DNA from: a virus
Lineage: Duplodnaviria > Caudoviricetes
IMG/VR virus record: IMGVR_UViG_3300046779_000327
Span: 1-45,505 of that record
Reading direction: 5' to 3' (one strand)
Length of the DNA: 45,505 nt
Below, in pieces: positions 35,196 through 45,191 of this stretch. The first letter of the stretch is position 1. Every line of letters starts with the position of its first letter. A program made the translations under genes and the position numbers. The notes under the pieces were generated by a model, which was not told the DNA's origin, ran no database searches, and saw nothing but the letters and a program-made list of their open reading frames with translations.

Positions 35196-35843
35196 ATGGC
35201 ATTACCTTCAGATGAAAACAACGCAGACAGCCGTTTACAGGTTCGTTTCTACAAACGAGCAGTTAAACAAGAACAAGAATCCCTAGAAGCTGGCAGAGAT
35301 ATTTACAAAGAGTTTGACTTTGTACACATTTGTGTAGCTGGTGACACCCTTACCGAAATCGATACTTATGCCCAAAACAGCCATAAGCAACGATTCCCTA
35401 TTCAGTGGGCGCAATACATGAATCGTGTAGGCGCAGACGATGAGGAAGTGGTCGGAACACCTATCTCGGAATGGCCTTTGGTATCAAAAAGCCAAGCAGA
35501 AGAACTACGGGCATTGAAGTTCAAGACTGTAGAATCTGTGGCAAACGCATCTGACTTACAGTTACAGCGCATGGGTATGGCGGCAGGAATGTCACCATTT
35601 GCATTCCGTGACAAGGCAAGGACATTTTTAAATCTCGCTACCAATGCGGCAGAAACCGATAAGCGTGAACAAGAAATCAACGCTTTGAAAGAAGAACTTG
35701 CCAAAAAGGATGCGGAAACTGCTAAAATGAAAGCAGAAACAGATGCGAAGCTGGCACAGATGCAGGATCAGATGGCCGCTATACTTGCCGCTGTTGGTGA
35801 AAAGAAAACCCGTAAAAAAGCGGTAGCCACAGAGGAAGCTTAA
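35196..35843 (+). CDS. Conserved phage protein (paralog of 172..819)
   Basis: 215 aa, colinear. Confidence 0.7.
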   Translation: MALPSDENNADSRLQVRFYKRAVKQEQESLEAGRDIYKEFDFVHICVAGDTLTEIDTYAQNSHKQRFPIQWAQYMNRVGADDEEVVGTPISEWPLVSKSQAEELRALKFKTVESVANASDLQLQRMGMAAGMSPFAFRDKARTFLNLATNAAETDKREQEINALKEELAKKDAETAKMKAETDAKLAQMQDQMAAILAAVGEKKTRKKAVATEEA

Positions 35844-35844
35844 T

Positions 35845-36747
35845 ATGTCATACACCATGCTCCAATTAGTCCAGCAAGTAACCGCTGAACTAAACTTAGC
35901 CGTTCCTACCTATGTGCAAGGCAATACAAGTCAGGATGTGCAACAAATCCTAGCTTTGATGAATCGTGCTGGGTTTGACTTGGTTAAGGAGCATGACTGG
36001 CAAGCTTTGGAACTAGAGTACCGTTTCTACACCACAGCGATTACCACCACCTGCGACACTATCAACAATACCTACGATTTATTGAATGTTGGTAATGTTA
36101 CGGGTCTAAACAACAATTACTCGGTAGTCGGTACGAATGTTCCACAAGATACCTATGTCGAGAGCGTAGCTGGTTCTACCGTAACTGTTAGCCAGCTTGC
36201 ATCGGCAACCAGCGTAGGTGGAACTGTTACCTTCTCACAGACCAAATACGACTTACCGCCTGACTTTGAAACCATTACGGACAACACCCATTGGGATAAG
36301 ACTAAGCATTGGCAGATGCTTGGGCCTGAAGATGCCCAGCAATGGCAGTGGCTAAAGTCGGGTTATATCTCGACTGGCCCACGGATTCGTTGGCGCATTT
36401 TGGGTAACCAGTTTCAGATTTGGCCACCGTATAACACCCAAGAATACTTAGGTTTTGAGTATCGTTCAAAAGGCTGGGCTAGAAGTGCTACAGGCGCAGT
36501 TAAAAACTCGTTTACTGCTGACACAGACACCACTGTGTTTGACGATACGGTTTTAGTTTTAGCCACAAAACTTAAGTATTTCCAAATCAAGTCATTCGAT
36601 ACCACAGCTTTAATGCAAGACTATATGCGGTATCTGAGTGTAGCTAAAGCGAATGACAAAGGTTCAGCTACCTTATCATTTGCTCCGTACCCAAGCAAAG
36701 TGCTTATTGGTTACGCCAATATTCCCGACACTGGCTATGGTAGCTAA
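35845..36747 (+). CDS. Head-to-tail adaptor
   Basis: Paralog of 823..1740 with a divergent central beta insert. Confidence 0.7.
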   Translation: MSYTMLQLVQQVTAELNLAVPTYVQGNTSQDVQQILALMNRAGFDLVKEHDWQALELEYRFYTTAITTTCDTINNTYDLLNVGNVTGLNNNYSVVGTNVPQDTYVESVAGSTVTVSQLASATSVGGTVTFSQTKYDLPPDFETITDNTHWDKTKHWQMLGPEDAQQWQWLKSGYISTGPRIRWRILGNQFQIWPPYNTQEYLGFEYRSKGWARSATGAVKNSFTADTDTTVFDDTVLVLATKLKYFQIKSFDTTALMQDYMRYLSVAKANDKGSATLSFAPYPSKVLIGYANIPDTGYGS

Positions 36748-36749
36748 CT

Positions 36750-38519
36750 ATGGCGGTCGCTAAAAAGTTTACCGCTGTTACTACTTCCTTACCTGCCCCA
36801 ATAGGGGGCTGGAACGCTAGAGATTCGTTGGCAGAAATGAACCCATTAGATGCGGTTCAGATGGTCAACTTCTTTCCTACGCCTACGGATGTAACGCTTA
36901 GAAAAGGCTATACCAAAGTATCTACAGGTATTTCAGGGCAGGTTTTATCCCTGATGAATTACAGTAGCCCAACGGGTAGCAAGCTGTTTGCATCTACGGC
37001 TACGATTATTTATGATGCCAGCACCTCTACGGCTACCCAAAGCTTGACAGGCAATACCGATGGCAAGTGGGTTCACACCATGATTACAACCGCTGGCGGC
37101 TCATTTATGCCAGCAGTTAACGGTGTTGACCCAATGGTGGTTTATGACGGCACACGCTGGTCAAGAAGTGCTACTACAAGCATTGCACAGACGATTTCGA
37201 CCATTACTAGGGGTGGCACAGGTAACCTGACCGCTACCCTAACAACTGCCAGCGCACATGGTTTGGTTACAGGCAATACGATTACTGTAGCTGGCGCAAT
37301 CCCAGCGGAATTTAACGGCACTTATCGCATTACCGTAACTGGTGCTACGACATTTACCTACACAATGGCTACCGCACCAAGCGGAGATGCCACGACTGTA
37401 GGCACTTATACGGTTAACTACTACATTACAGGTAAAAACTCTAATACATTCGCTTATATCAACCTGTTTAAAGAGCGTCTTTACTTTGTAGAAAAGAACT
37501 CACTCAGTTTTTGGTATCTGCCTGTTGATTCGATCAACGGTGCAGTGACCGAGTTTCCCCTTGGTGGCATCTTTAAACGAGGCGGCTACCTACAAGCGAT
37601 GGGAACTTGGACTATTGACGCTGGATACGGGGTAGATGACCTAGCCGTGTTCGTTACCAGTAACGGTGAAGTCGCTGTTTACAAGGGTTCTGATCCATCT
37701 GACCCTAATGATTGGTCATTGGTGGGTTTATGGAACATTGGACAGACTTTTGCCCGTAAGTGCGTGTTTAAATTTGGTGGTGACATCCTACTTTTGACCG
37801 AGGATGGACTTGTACCATTGTCGGCAGGACTGCAATCCACCCGTTTAGACCCTCGTGTAAACATTACCGACAAGATTTTCTACGCTATTAGCCAAGCGGC
37901 TGACTTTTACGCCAATAATTACGGCTGGCAGATCAATTACTTTGCTAAAGTCAATATGTTGATCGTCAATATCCCAGTTACAGGGGGTTCTGAGCAATAT
38001 GTCATGCACAACATTACAAAGTCATGGGCGAGATTTACCAATTTAAACGCTAATTGCTGGGAATCCAGCGGTGATGATATGTATTTTGGGGCTACAGGCT
38101 TTGTTGGTCGGTTTTACGACACTTTTGCCGATGCAGGTACAAACATTAAGGGTTTTGTACAGCAAGCGTACTCGTATTTCGAGTCTAGGGGTCAACAAAA
38201 ACGCTTTACTTTAGTGCGCCCAATCCTTCAAACCGATAACGGTTTACCGACCGTTTTGTGCGGTCTAAGCACGGATTTTGATACCGTTGAATTAACCAAC
38301 CAAATATCCTTTAATCCAGCCATCTTACAAACTGGAGAATGGGACTTAGACACATGGGATAACGCTAACTGGGGCGGTGGATTGACCACCACAAAGATAT
38401 GGCAGGGCGTGACGGGATTAGGTTATGCAGGGTCAGTTAGCCTGAATGTTGCATCGCAAAACATTGAGTTTCATTGGGCTAGTACAGACTATGTAATGGA
38501 AAAAGGTGGTGTTTTGTAA
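36750..38519 (+). CDS. Tail hub/nozzle (P22 gp10-like)
   Basis: 589-aa paralog of 1743..3512. Confidence 0.75.
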   Translation: MAVAKKFTAVTTSLPAPIGGWNARDSLAEMNPLDAVQMVNFFPTPTDVTLRKGYTKVSTGISGQVLSLMNYSSPTGSKLFASTATIIYDASTSTATQSLTGNTDGKWVHTMITTAGGSFMPAVNGVDPMVVYDGTRWSRSATTSIAQTISTITRGGTGNLTATLTTASAHGLVTGNTITVAGAIPAEFNGTYRITVTGATTFTYTMATAPSGDATTVGTYTVNYYITGKNSNTFAYINLFKERLYFVEKNSLSFWYLPVDSINGAVTEFPLGGIFKRGGYLQAMGTWTIDAGYGVDDLAVFVTSNGEVAVYKGSDPSDPNDWSLVGLWNIGQTFARKCVFKFGGDILLLTEDGLVPLSAGLQSTRLDPRVNITDKIFYAISQAADFYANNYGWQINYFAKVNMLIVNIPVTGGSEQYVMHNITKSWARFTNLNANCWESSGDDMYFGATGFVGRFYDTFADAGTNIKGFVQQAYSYFESRGQQKRFTLVRPILQTDNGLPTVLCGLSTDFDTVELTNQISFNPAILQTGEWDLDTWDNANWGGGLTTTKIWQGVTGLGYAGSVSLNVASQNIEFHWASTDYVMEKGGVL

Positions 38520-38972
38520 ATGCTTTGGTCAGCCAATACATTGGAATTAAAGAAGCTTTCTGCCCAAATATTACAAAACGAAATAGGAGTACAGCCCTGC
38601 GGTGATTTACAAGCAATATTGTGGGCTGATGAGAACCGTAATATTGAGTGGGTAGTAGGGTATACAGCGTTTATTGGTAAGACTTGCCAAATGCACATGG
38701 TTAATTTAAAAGGTGGTTATACACCTAAACAATTGTTAAAATCGGCATTTGAATACCCTTTTAACCATTGCAATTTGGAAAAAGTATTTGGAATAGTCAA
38801 TAGCAAGAACACAAAAGCTATGGAATATGACCAAAAACTAGGTTTTAAGGAAGCACATCGGTTTGCTGGAGTGCATGACGATGGTGGTGATATTGTAGTT
38901 TTTGAAATGGACAAGGCTGATTGTCGCTGGATTAAGGAACGCAAACATGAGCATATTGAGAAGCAAGCATAG
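38520..38972 (+). CDS. GNAT-family acetyltransferase (P22 gp14-like)
   Basis: Paralog of 3513..3965. Confidence 0.8.
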   Translation: MLWSANTLELKKLSAQILQNEIGVQPCGDLQAILWADENRNIEWVVGYTAFIGKTCQMHMVNLKGGYTPKQLLKSAFEYPFNHCNLEKVFGIVNSKNTKAMEYDQKLGFKEAHRFAGVHDDGGDIVVFEMDKADCRWIKERKHEHIEKQA

Positions 38973-39828
38973 TGGCTGGACTTGGGAAGGCAGACGCACC
39001 CCATTTGGCGGTGGCAAAGGTGGATCGCCACCCCCACCCGACTATCGTGGTGCGGCAATCGAAACAGCTAAAGGTGATATTGAGGCGGCTCGTCTAGCTA
39101 CAGCGGCTAACCGTGTTAATCAGATCACCCCTTATGGTGAACTTAGATACACCACAAACCCAGCAGATGTAGACCAGTGGGGCAATCAGATGTGGACTGC
39201 TACGCAGACCCTATCTCCAGCCCAGCAAAAGCTTTTAGATTATCAAAACGCTACTAGCGAGGGTCTTGGCGAATTAACTGGTACAGGTCTAAATTATGTA
39301 AGGGGTATGTTGCAAGACCCGTTTACTACCAAAAACTTACCGTCTTTAGGTTTTAATGCTGGTGAAACCTACCAAGACGCTTATATGCGTAGGCTTCAAC
39401 CTCAGATTCAACAAAGCCGTGACAAATTACAGCAAGACTTAGCCAATAGAGGTATTGACATTGGTTCAGAGGCGTATCAGCGAGCAATGTTCCAACAAGC
39501 CCAGCGTGAGAATGACCTATTGTTAGGCGCAACCACCCAAGGTTTTGGTACTGGATTATCTGCCCGTCAGCAAGGATTTACCGAGGCGGCATACCAGCGT
39601 AATGAACCCTTGAATACCCTTAATGCAGTTCGTACTGGCGCACAAGTTACTAACCCAACCTTTGTTAGCGTACCCCAACAGGCTACGACCAAGGGTGCTG
39701 ACTTATTAGGTGCGGCAACTGCTGAAGGTAACTACAACACAGCTTCCGCTAATGCTAATGCGGCACAAAATGCAGGTATGACCAGCGGATTGTTTAGTTT
39801 AGCCAGCACAGGCGTTATGGCATTCTGA
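38947..39828 (+). CDS. DNA ejection (pilot) protein, gp7-like, without the S74 domain
   Basis: Same 20-aa leader plus GGGKG; ends at STGVMAF*. Confidence 0.8.
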   Translation: MSILRSKHSGWTWEGRRTPFGGGKGGSPPPPDYRGAAIETAKGDIEAARLATAANRVNQITPYGELRYTTNPADVDQWGNQMWTATQTLSPAQQKLLDYQNATSEGLGELTGTGLNYVRGMLQDPFTTKNLPSLGFNAGETYQDAYMRRLQPQIQQSRDKLQQDLANRGIDIGSEAYQRAMFQQAQRENDLLLGATTQGFGTGLSARQQGFTEAAYQRNEPLNTLNAVRTGAQVTNPTFVSVPQQATTKGADLLGAATAEGNYNTASANANAAQNAGMTSGLFSLASTGVMAF

Positions 39829-40553
39829 TGCAAGACTTCTTTGACCGCCACGAAAAGGTCGCTTTGATGTTTTCAGGCGGTAAGGATTCTATTGCTTGCT
39901 TACACCTAATTAAGAATTACCTAGACAAGACAACAGTAGTATGGGTGAACACAGGTGCTAGTTTTCCTGAAATTGAAGCATTGATGGAAGAAACACGCCA
40001 GCAAGTACCGCATTTTTTAGAGATCAAGACAAACCAACCTGAGTCTATTAAATCTAAGGGTTATCCCGTAGATGTAGTACCAGTGAACTACACCGTTTTA
40101 GGTCAATCCGTAACCAGTATCAAAGACTTTAAGGTGCGTAGCTACTTTGAATGTTGCGCTGAAAACTTTTGGCTACCCTGTGATGCAGAGGTGCGTAAGC
40201 TAGGCATTACGGGAGTTATCCGTGGTCAACGCCAGTCTGAAGGACATCGTGCGCCAATTAAGTCAGGGTATGTTGAAAACGGGATTGAGTATAACTTTCC
40301 CATAGAAACATGGTCTGATAGCGATGTTATTGACTATTTAAAGAGCAAAGATGTCGTAATAGACGAAAGACTATCGATGTCGCATTCTAGCCTTGACTGC
40401 TGGAATTGCACGGCTTATATGGCTGAAAGCAAAGACCGTTTTAATTACATCAAGAAGCACCACCCAGCGAAGTACCACTCTATTGTCGAAACAGTAAAAA
40501 AAATCGATAATGTATTAACAGCAGAAACATCTATTTATAAAGGTTTCCTATGA
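39828..40553 (+). CDS. PAPS/APS-reductase-family PP-loop protein
   Basis: FSGGKDS, NTG..FPE, ECC, RGQRQSE, FPIETWS, SLDCWNC; no C-terminal ECGLH. Confidence 0.88.
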   Translation: MQDFFDRHEKVALMFSGGKDSIACLHLIKNYLDKTTVVWVNTGASFPEIEALMEETRQQVPHFLEIKTNQPESIKSKGYPVDVVPVNYTVLGQSVTSIKDFKVRSYFECCAENFWLPCDAEVRKLGITGVIRGQRQSEGHRAPIKSGYVENGIEYNFPIETWSDSDVIDYLKSKDVVIDERLSMSHSSLDCWNCTAYMAESKDRFNYIKKHHPAKYHSIVETVKKIDNVLTAETSIYKGFL

Positions 40554-40918
40554 ATCCCTACCTATCCCAGTTTGCCCCCCAAGTGATGCAACAAGACATT
40601 TATGCGCCATCACAGATGATGGATACAACTGCCCGACAGTTAGCCCAAGATGCCGCCAATAAACAAGGCGCACAATTAGGGCAACAAGCGTTGGGGATTA
40701 ATAGAAATCCTATGGCTGGCGTAGACCCAATTAAGCTAGGTATGGCACTGCGTCAAATGAACCAGCCCTATGGTGGCACACCCCAAGGCGCATACGGTCA
40801 GCAAAACGCTTATATGAGAGCGTCTACCATGATGCCTTATACCCAACAGCAACAAGCGTTGATGGATCAAGGCGGTGCTGAATTTATGTCATTTAACAAT
40901 CCAATGTCAGGATCGTAA
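40550..40918 (+). CDS. Small Q/M-rich internal virion protein
   Basis: MNPY start; counterpart of 5040..5378. Confidence 0.6.
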   Translation: MNPYLSQFAPQVMQQDIYAPSQMMDTTARQLAQDAANKQGAQLGQQALGINRNPMAGVDPIKLGMALRQMNQPYGGTPQGAYGQQNAYMRASTMMPYTQQQQALMDQGGAEFMSFNNPMSGS

Positions 40919-40919
40919 T

Positions 40920-42119
40920 ATGGCTAGTTACACTACAGGACAAGCTGGCGGTCAAATACAACCGTTAAGCAATATACCTGCTGAATACACGGCAGATGCC
41001 CTTGAATTAGCACGGGCGCAACGCATGGCTCAGATGTTGAGTTCTGCGCCTACGCCTGAAGGTCAAATGATTAGTGGTCGCTATGTAGCACCATCAATTA
41101 CCCAAAACCTAGCGCAATTGGCGAATGCGGCCGCAGGTGCTTACTTTGGTAACCAAGCAGAACAAAAACAGCTTAAGTTAGCCGAAAAACTGCGCCAAGA
41201 TAAGCTAATGACGCAAGAAGGCATTATGGAAGCCATTAACAAGGGTGACACTAAGAAAGCCCTTGCGATTGCATCGTCACGCCCTGAATACAGCAGAGAG
41301 TTTATTGCTCCATTAATGGCGAATGTAATACCTAAAGCACCTACCCCACCTGCACCTACTACAGAGATGCAAAACTTTGAGTTTGCTAAGAGTCGAGGCG
41401 AGATACCTAAAGGAATGACATTCTTGGGTTACCAAGCGTACATGAAGCAGGTAGGAAAAGAAGATAAAGAAAAAGCCCCGATGGGTTATCGTTTCTTGCC
41501 TGATGGTTCATTAGAACCAATCAAGGGTGGCCCTGCCGACATGAAAACACAAGCTAAAGTAGCTGGTGCTGGTGATGTATCCACCGAAATTATGAAGATT
41601 AAGACCAGCTACGACAGGCTGTTCCAAGGCGGTGGTATTACTGACCCATCTCTTTCTAAACCTCAGAACCTTGCCGCAAAAGCTAGTTCATCTGCTGTCG
41701 GTCAAGCTGTTGGTTCTGCGTTTGGTACACAAAATGCTACCGAGCGTGACAAGATTGCTCAATCTAGACCATTGTTGATGGGCGCAATTATGAAGGCTAC
41801 AGGAATGTCAGCCAAGCAGATTGACTCGAATGCTGAATTGAAGCTTTGGTTAGCTACTGCTACTGATCCTAATAAGAGTTACGAAGCCAACATGGAAGCG
41901 TTGCAGAACATTGAGAACCTGTACGGTTTAACTGCGCTTGAAAGACAAGCTGTAGCACCTACTTTTGATAATAAAAAACCGAATGCGGCAAACGCTCCAG
42001 CTAAACCTAATGCACCTGCCGCAACAAGAACCGTTGTAAGAACAGGTGAAGTTCAAAGTGGCCCAAATAAAGGCAAACGAGTAACAGAATATAGCGATGG
42101 AACTAAGGAATACAAATAA
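40920..42119 (+). CDS. DNA ejection protein (gp20-position), alternative allele
   Basis: PEGQMISGRYVAPS motif shared with the 5381 protein; the rest is divergent. Confidence 0.65.
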   Translation: MASYTTGQAGGQIQPLSNIPAEYTADALELARAQRMAQMLSSAPTPEGQMISGRYVAPSITQNLAQLANAAAGAYFGNQAEQKQLKLAEKLRQDKLMTQEGIMEAINKGDTKKALAIASSRPEYSREFIAPLMANVIPKAPTPPAPTTEMQNFEFAKSRGEIPKGMTFLGYQAYMKQVGKEDKEKAPMGYRFLPDGSLEPIKGGPADMKTQAKVAGAGDVSTEIMKIKTSYDRLFQGGGITDPSLSKPQNLAAKASSSAVGQAVGSAFGTQNATERDKIAQSRPLLMGAIMKATGMSAKQIDSNAELKLWLATATDPNKSYEANMEALQNIENLYGLTALERQAVAPTFDNKKPNAANAPAKPNAPAATRTVVRTGEVQSGPNKGKRVTEYSDGTKEYK

Positions 42120-43675
42120 TGGCTCAAGAAAACATTGTTTGGGATACGCCTAAAGAAGAAATTGCTTGGGATAAGCCAAAAACTGAAACCGCATACGACC
42201 GTTTTTTAACTAGCCTAAGAAACCCACAAACAGGTGGCAGAAGCGGTGTTGTAGGGCCTATGCTCGTTGGTGGTACTGGTGAATTAATTAAAGGTGCTGG
42301 TGCTTTAACCCAATTAGCTGGTTTTCCTAACGCTGGTAACCGTCTTGTTGAGGTAGGTGGAGCAATGACCGAAGGTGCAAAGAGTGTTGCGCCTGTATCG
42401 GGAACTGTAGGACAGATTGGTTCGTATGTTTTGCCATTCGGTGCGGCACAAAGGACACTAAATACCGTTGCACAAGTTCCACAGGTCGCTAAAACTTTAA
42501 ATGTATTGCCTAGTTTTGCCCGTAATATGGGTCAACAAGCCACTATTGGTGGTGCTACTGGGTACGCCTTAACACCTGACCAAGAAAATCGCTCAGATTC
42601 GGCTACTTTTGGTGCTGTAGGCGGTGCGGCTGGTGAATTAATTAGACCTATAGCCAAAATGGGTGGCAATCTTGCATCCGAAGTCATTGGAAATCTAAGC
42701 GGTGTAGGCTCACAAGCGTATAAGACTGCATACAATGCCGCTGTACAAGGCGGTGACAAGCTAAAAGCATTAGCTTCAAACCTGCGTAAGCAAGCACCTA
42801 TGGAAAATGTTGTAGATGATGCCCTACAAGGCTTAAACAACATGGGTAAAAACTTACAAAACCAATACCGTAGCGGTATGGTTAATGTAAAGAACGATAA
42901 AACCGTACTAGACTTTAAAGGCATTGACCAAGCATTAAATGATGCTCAAAATTTGGGCGTATTTAAAGGCAAAGTGACCAATCAGGGTCTTGTTGACGAA
43001 GTTACCCGAATCAGAGGTATTGTTGATGATTGGAAAAGACAAAATCCTACGGAGTTTCATACCCCCGAAGGTATGGATGAACTTAAAAAAGTCATTGGTA
43101 TTGAATTAGAAAAGATACCTTTTGAGCAAAACACTTTACGCAAAGCCGTAGGTAACATTTATTCATCAGTTCGGGATGAAATTAAGAAACAAGCACCCGT
43201 ATATGACAGCGTAATGAAGAAGTATTCTGAAGGCTTAGATTTAGCTTCTGAGTTAAAGAAATCATTAAGTCTTGGTAATAAAGCATCTGTAGATACTTCT
43301 CTTAGGAAGCTACAGTCGGTCATGCGTGACAATGTAAACACCAATTACGGTAATCGAGTTAATTACGCTGAAATCTTAGAACAAGCCAGCGGTAAGCCAA
43401 TTATGGCGCAGTTAGCTGGACAGGCATTAAGTTCACCTATGCCAAGGGGTTTACAAAGAATGTTGCCATCGGCTACTGGTGCTGGCGCACTTGCGTTAGA
43501 CCCAACGCTATTAGCTTTATTACCAGCACAGTCACCAAGACTTATGGGCGAGGCAACAATATTAGCTGGAAAAGCATCACGCCCCGTAATAAATCTTGCC
43601 AATTCAGGAACACCCGAACAGCGACAACTTGCTAAATTGTTAATAATGAAATCCGCTGAAGAGGAATCAAAATGA
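42119..43675 (+). CDS. Large DNA ejection protein (gp16-position), alternative allele
   Basis: 518 aa; Gly/Ala-rich N-terminal half; QSPRLMGEA motif. Confidence 0.65.
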   Translation: MAQENIVWDTPKEEIAWDKPKTETAYDRFLTSLRNPQTGGRSGVVGPMLVGGTGELIKGAGALTQLAGFPNAGNRLVEVGGAMTEGAKSVAPVSGTVGQIGSYVLPFGAAQRTLNTVAQVPQVAKTLNVLPSFARNMGQQATIGGATGYALTPDQENRSDSATFGAVGGAAGELIRPIAKMGGNLASEVIGNLSGVGSQAYKTAYNAAVQGGDKLKALASNLRKQAPMENVVDDALQGLNNMGKNLQNQYRSGMVNVKNDKTVLDFKGIDQALNDAQNLGVFKGKVTNQGLVDEVTRIRGIVDDWKRQNPTEFHTPEGMDELKKVIGIELEKIPFEQNTLRKAVGNIYSSVRDEIKKQAPVYDSVMKKYSEGLDLASELKKSLSLGNKASVDTSLRKLQSVMRDNVNTNYGNRVNYAEILEQASGKPIMAQLAGQALSSPMPRGLQRMLPSATGAGALALDPTLLALLPAQSPRLMGEATILAGKASRPVINLANSGTPEQRQLAKLLIMKSAEEESK

Positions 43676-44307
43676 GTAGAAATGGATCGGGAGTCTATTC
43701 ACTCCCAGCAGGTAACCCAGTAGTTACAGGCACAACTATATCGAGTTCGTGGGCTAATAACACCATGAACGATTTGGCTTCTGCCCTTACCGATTCGGTA
43801 GCCGCAGACGGTCAAACCCCAATGACGGGTAATCTAGACCTAAACACGCACAAAATTGTTAATTTAGTAGCTGGCTCTGTAGCTGGTGACGCTGTTGAGT
43901 ACACACAAGCTACTACAAATGTGGCTATTACTGGTGGCACTATTGCTGGTGTAACGGGTTCATTTACTACTCTAGCCGCATCAGGCGCAGTATCGTTTAC
44001 TGGTACTGGTGTGATGTTAATTCCTAAAGGTACGACCGCACAAAGACCACTAAGCCCTGCTAACGGTGAGATGCGTTACAACACCGATACAGGTCAGTTT
44101 GAAGGATACCAAGGCGGTGCATGGGGTCAATTAGGTGGTGGTGCTACAGGTGGTGGCGGTGATGAAGTATTCGTTGAGAACAGCACGACTGTTACAACTT
44201 CATACACATTAACTACAGGTAAGAACGCATCGTCTGTTGGGCCAATCACCATTAACGCAGGTGCTACAGTTACTGTTCCTAGCGGTCAGAGATGGGTGGT
44301 ATTGTAA
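43672..44307 (+). CDS. Proximal tail fibre / fibre adaptor
   Basis: Near-identical to 8385..9020. Confidence 0.75.
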   Translation: MSRNGSGVYSLPAGNPVVTGTTISSSWANNTMNDLASALTDSVAADGQTPMTGNLDLNTHKIVNLVAGSVAGDAVEYTQATTNVAITGGTIAGVTGSFTTLAASGAVSFTGTGVMLIPKGTTAQRPLSPANGEMRYNTDTGQFEGYQGGAWGQLGGGATGGGGDEVFVENSTTVTTSYTLTTGKNASSVGPITINAGATVTVPSGQRWVVL

Positions 44308-44343
44308 GATGAAAACCACTAAAATAAACAAAAGGAGTAAATA

Positions 44344-44919
44344 ATGTCTATTGTCTTACAAGGCGCAACATCGGGTAGCGTTACATTACAAGAACCAGCC
44401 GTTGCTGGTACTACTGTATTAGACTTACCAGCCACAAGTGGTACTATCCTAACCACAGCATCTAGCGGTCAGTCTATTCCTAAAGCCGCATTACCGACTG
44501 GTTCTGTGTTGCAAGTGGTTACTGCTTCTACAACAACTTCAACAAGCACAACATCAATTACTTATGTACCTACTTCTGTTGCTGTCAGCATTACACCGAC
44601 AAGTTCTTCTAGCAAAATATTGATTTTGCATAGCGGTATGGGAAATATTCAAACTGCTTCAGTTTGGTGTTGGGTTACTCTTTACAGAGGTGCAACAAAT
44701 TTATATGCTGGCGGTGCTAGTGATGCGTTTGGTGGTGTATTGGTAGCTGGAAGTTCTGACGCACAAATTCCCGTTTCAATTATTTATTTAGATAGCCCAG
44801 CAACAACTTCTTCTACAACATATACCGTTTATATTAGAAACAGTAATGGAAGTTCAACAGCAAGATATAACGCTGACGGATGGAGAACAACAATTACAGC
44901 TTTGGAGATTGCGGCATGA
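44344..44919 (+). CDS. Receptor-binding protein 1, alternative allele
   Basis: Conserved N-terminus up to GSVLQVV, divergent C-terminal domain. Confidence 0.7.
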   Translation: MSIVLQGATSGSVTLQEPAVAGTTVLDLPATSGTILTTASSGQSIPKAALPTGSVLQVVTASTTTSTSTTSITYVPTSVAVSITPTSSSSKILILHSGMGNIQTASVWCWVTLYRGATNLYAGGASDAFGGVLVAGSSDAQIPVSIIYLDSPATTSSTTYTVYIRNSNGSSTARYNADGWRTTITALEIAA

Positions 44920-45191
44920 CAAATCACGATGCTATTTACAAATTAAACCCATCTATAGTAACTATTAATGGCGATATTGCTTACGATGCAGATGGCAACG
45001 AAGTCGCATACGATAAAGCCGCAGTTCAGGCTTATGTAGATGTTCATGCTTATATTGCTAAACGAGCCGCAGAATACCCACCCATTACCGATTTTGCTGA
45101 TGCCTATTATTGGGCGCAAAAAGGCAAGACAGAATTGATGGATGCGTATGTGGCTAAATGTGATGCTATTAAATTAAAATACCCAAAATGA
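44916..45191 (+). CDS. Small fibre-associated chaperone
   Basis: Paralog of 9656..9928; ATGA coupling. Confidence 0.6.
   Translation: MTNHDAIYKLNPSIVTINGDIAYDADGNEVAYDKAAVQAYVDVHAYIAKRAAEYPPITDFADAYYWAQKGKTELMDAYVAKCDAIKLKYPK

Noticed and set aside
39828-40553. cysH auxiliary metabolic gene for sulfate assimilation
   Set aside because: It lacks the C-terminal ECG(L/I)H catalytic motif and is coupled inside the ejection-protein operon.
18003-40553. Dnd-like phosphorothioation system (DGQHR protein plus DndC-like PAPS reductase)
   Set aside because: The genes are unlinked and in different operons, there are no DndA/D/E equivalents, and the PAPS-like gene is in only one allele.
387-43602. Numerous antisense or nested ORFs in the track (e.g. 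387..806, 5624..6112, 23078..23542, 27878..28258, 42532..42924)
   Set aside because: They are shadows of well-supported genes, lacking an RBS or motifs.
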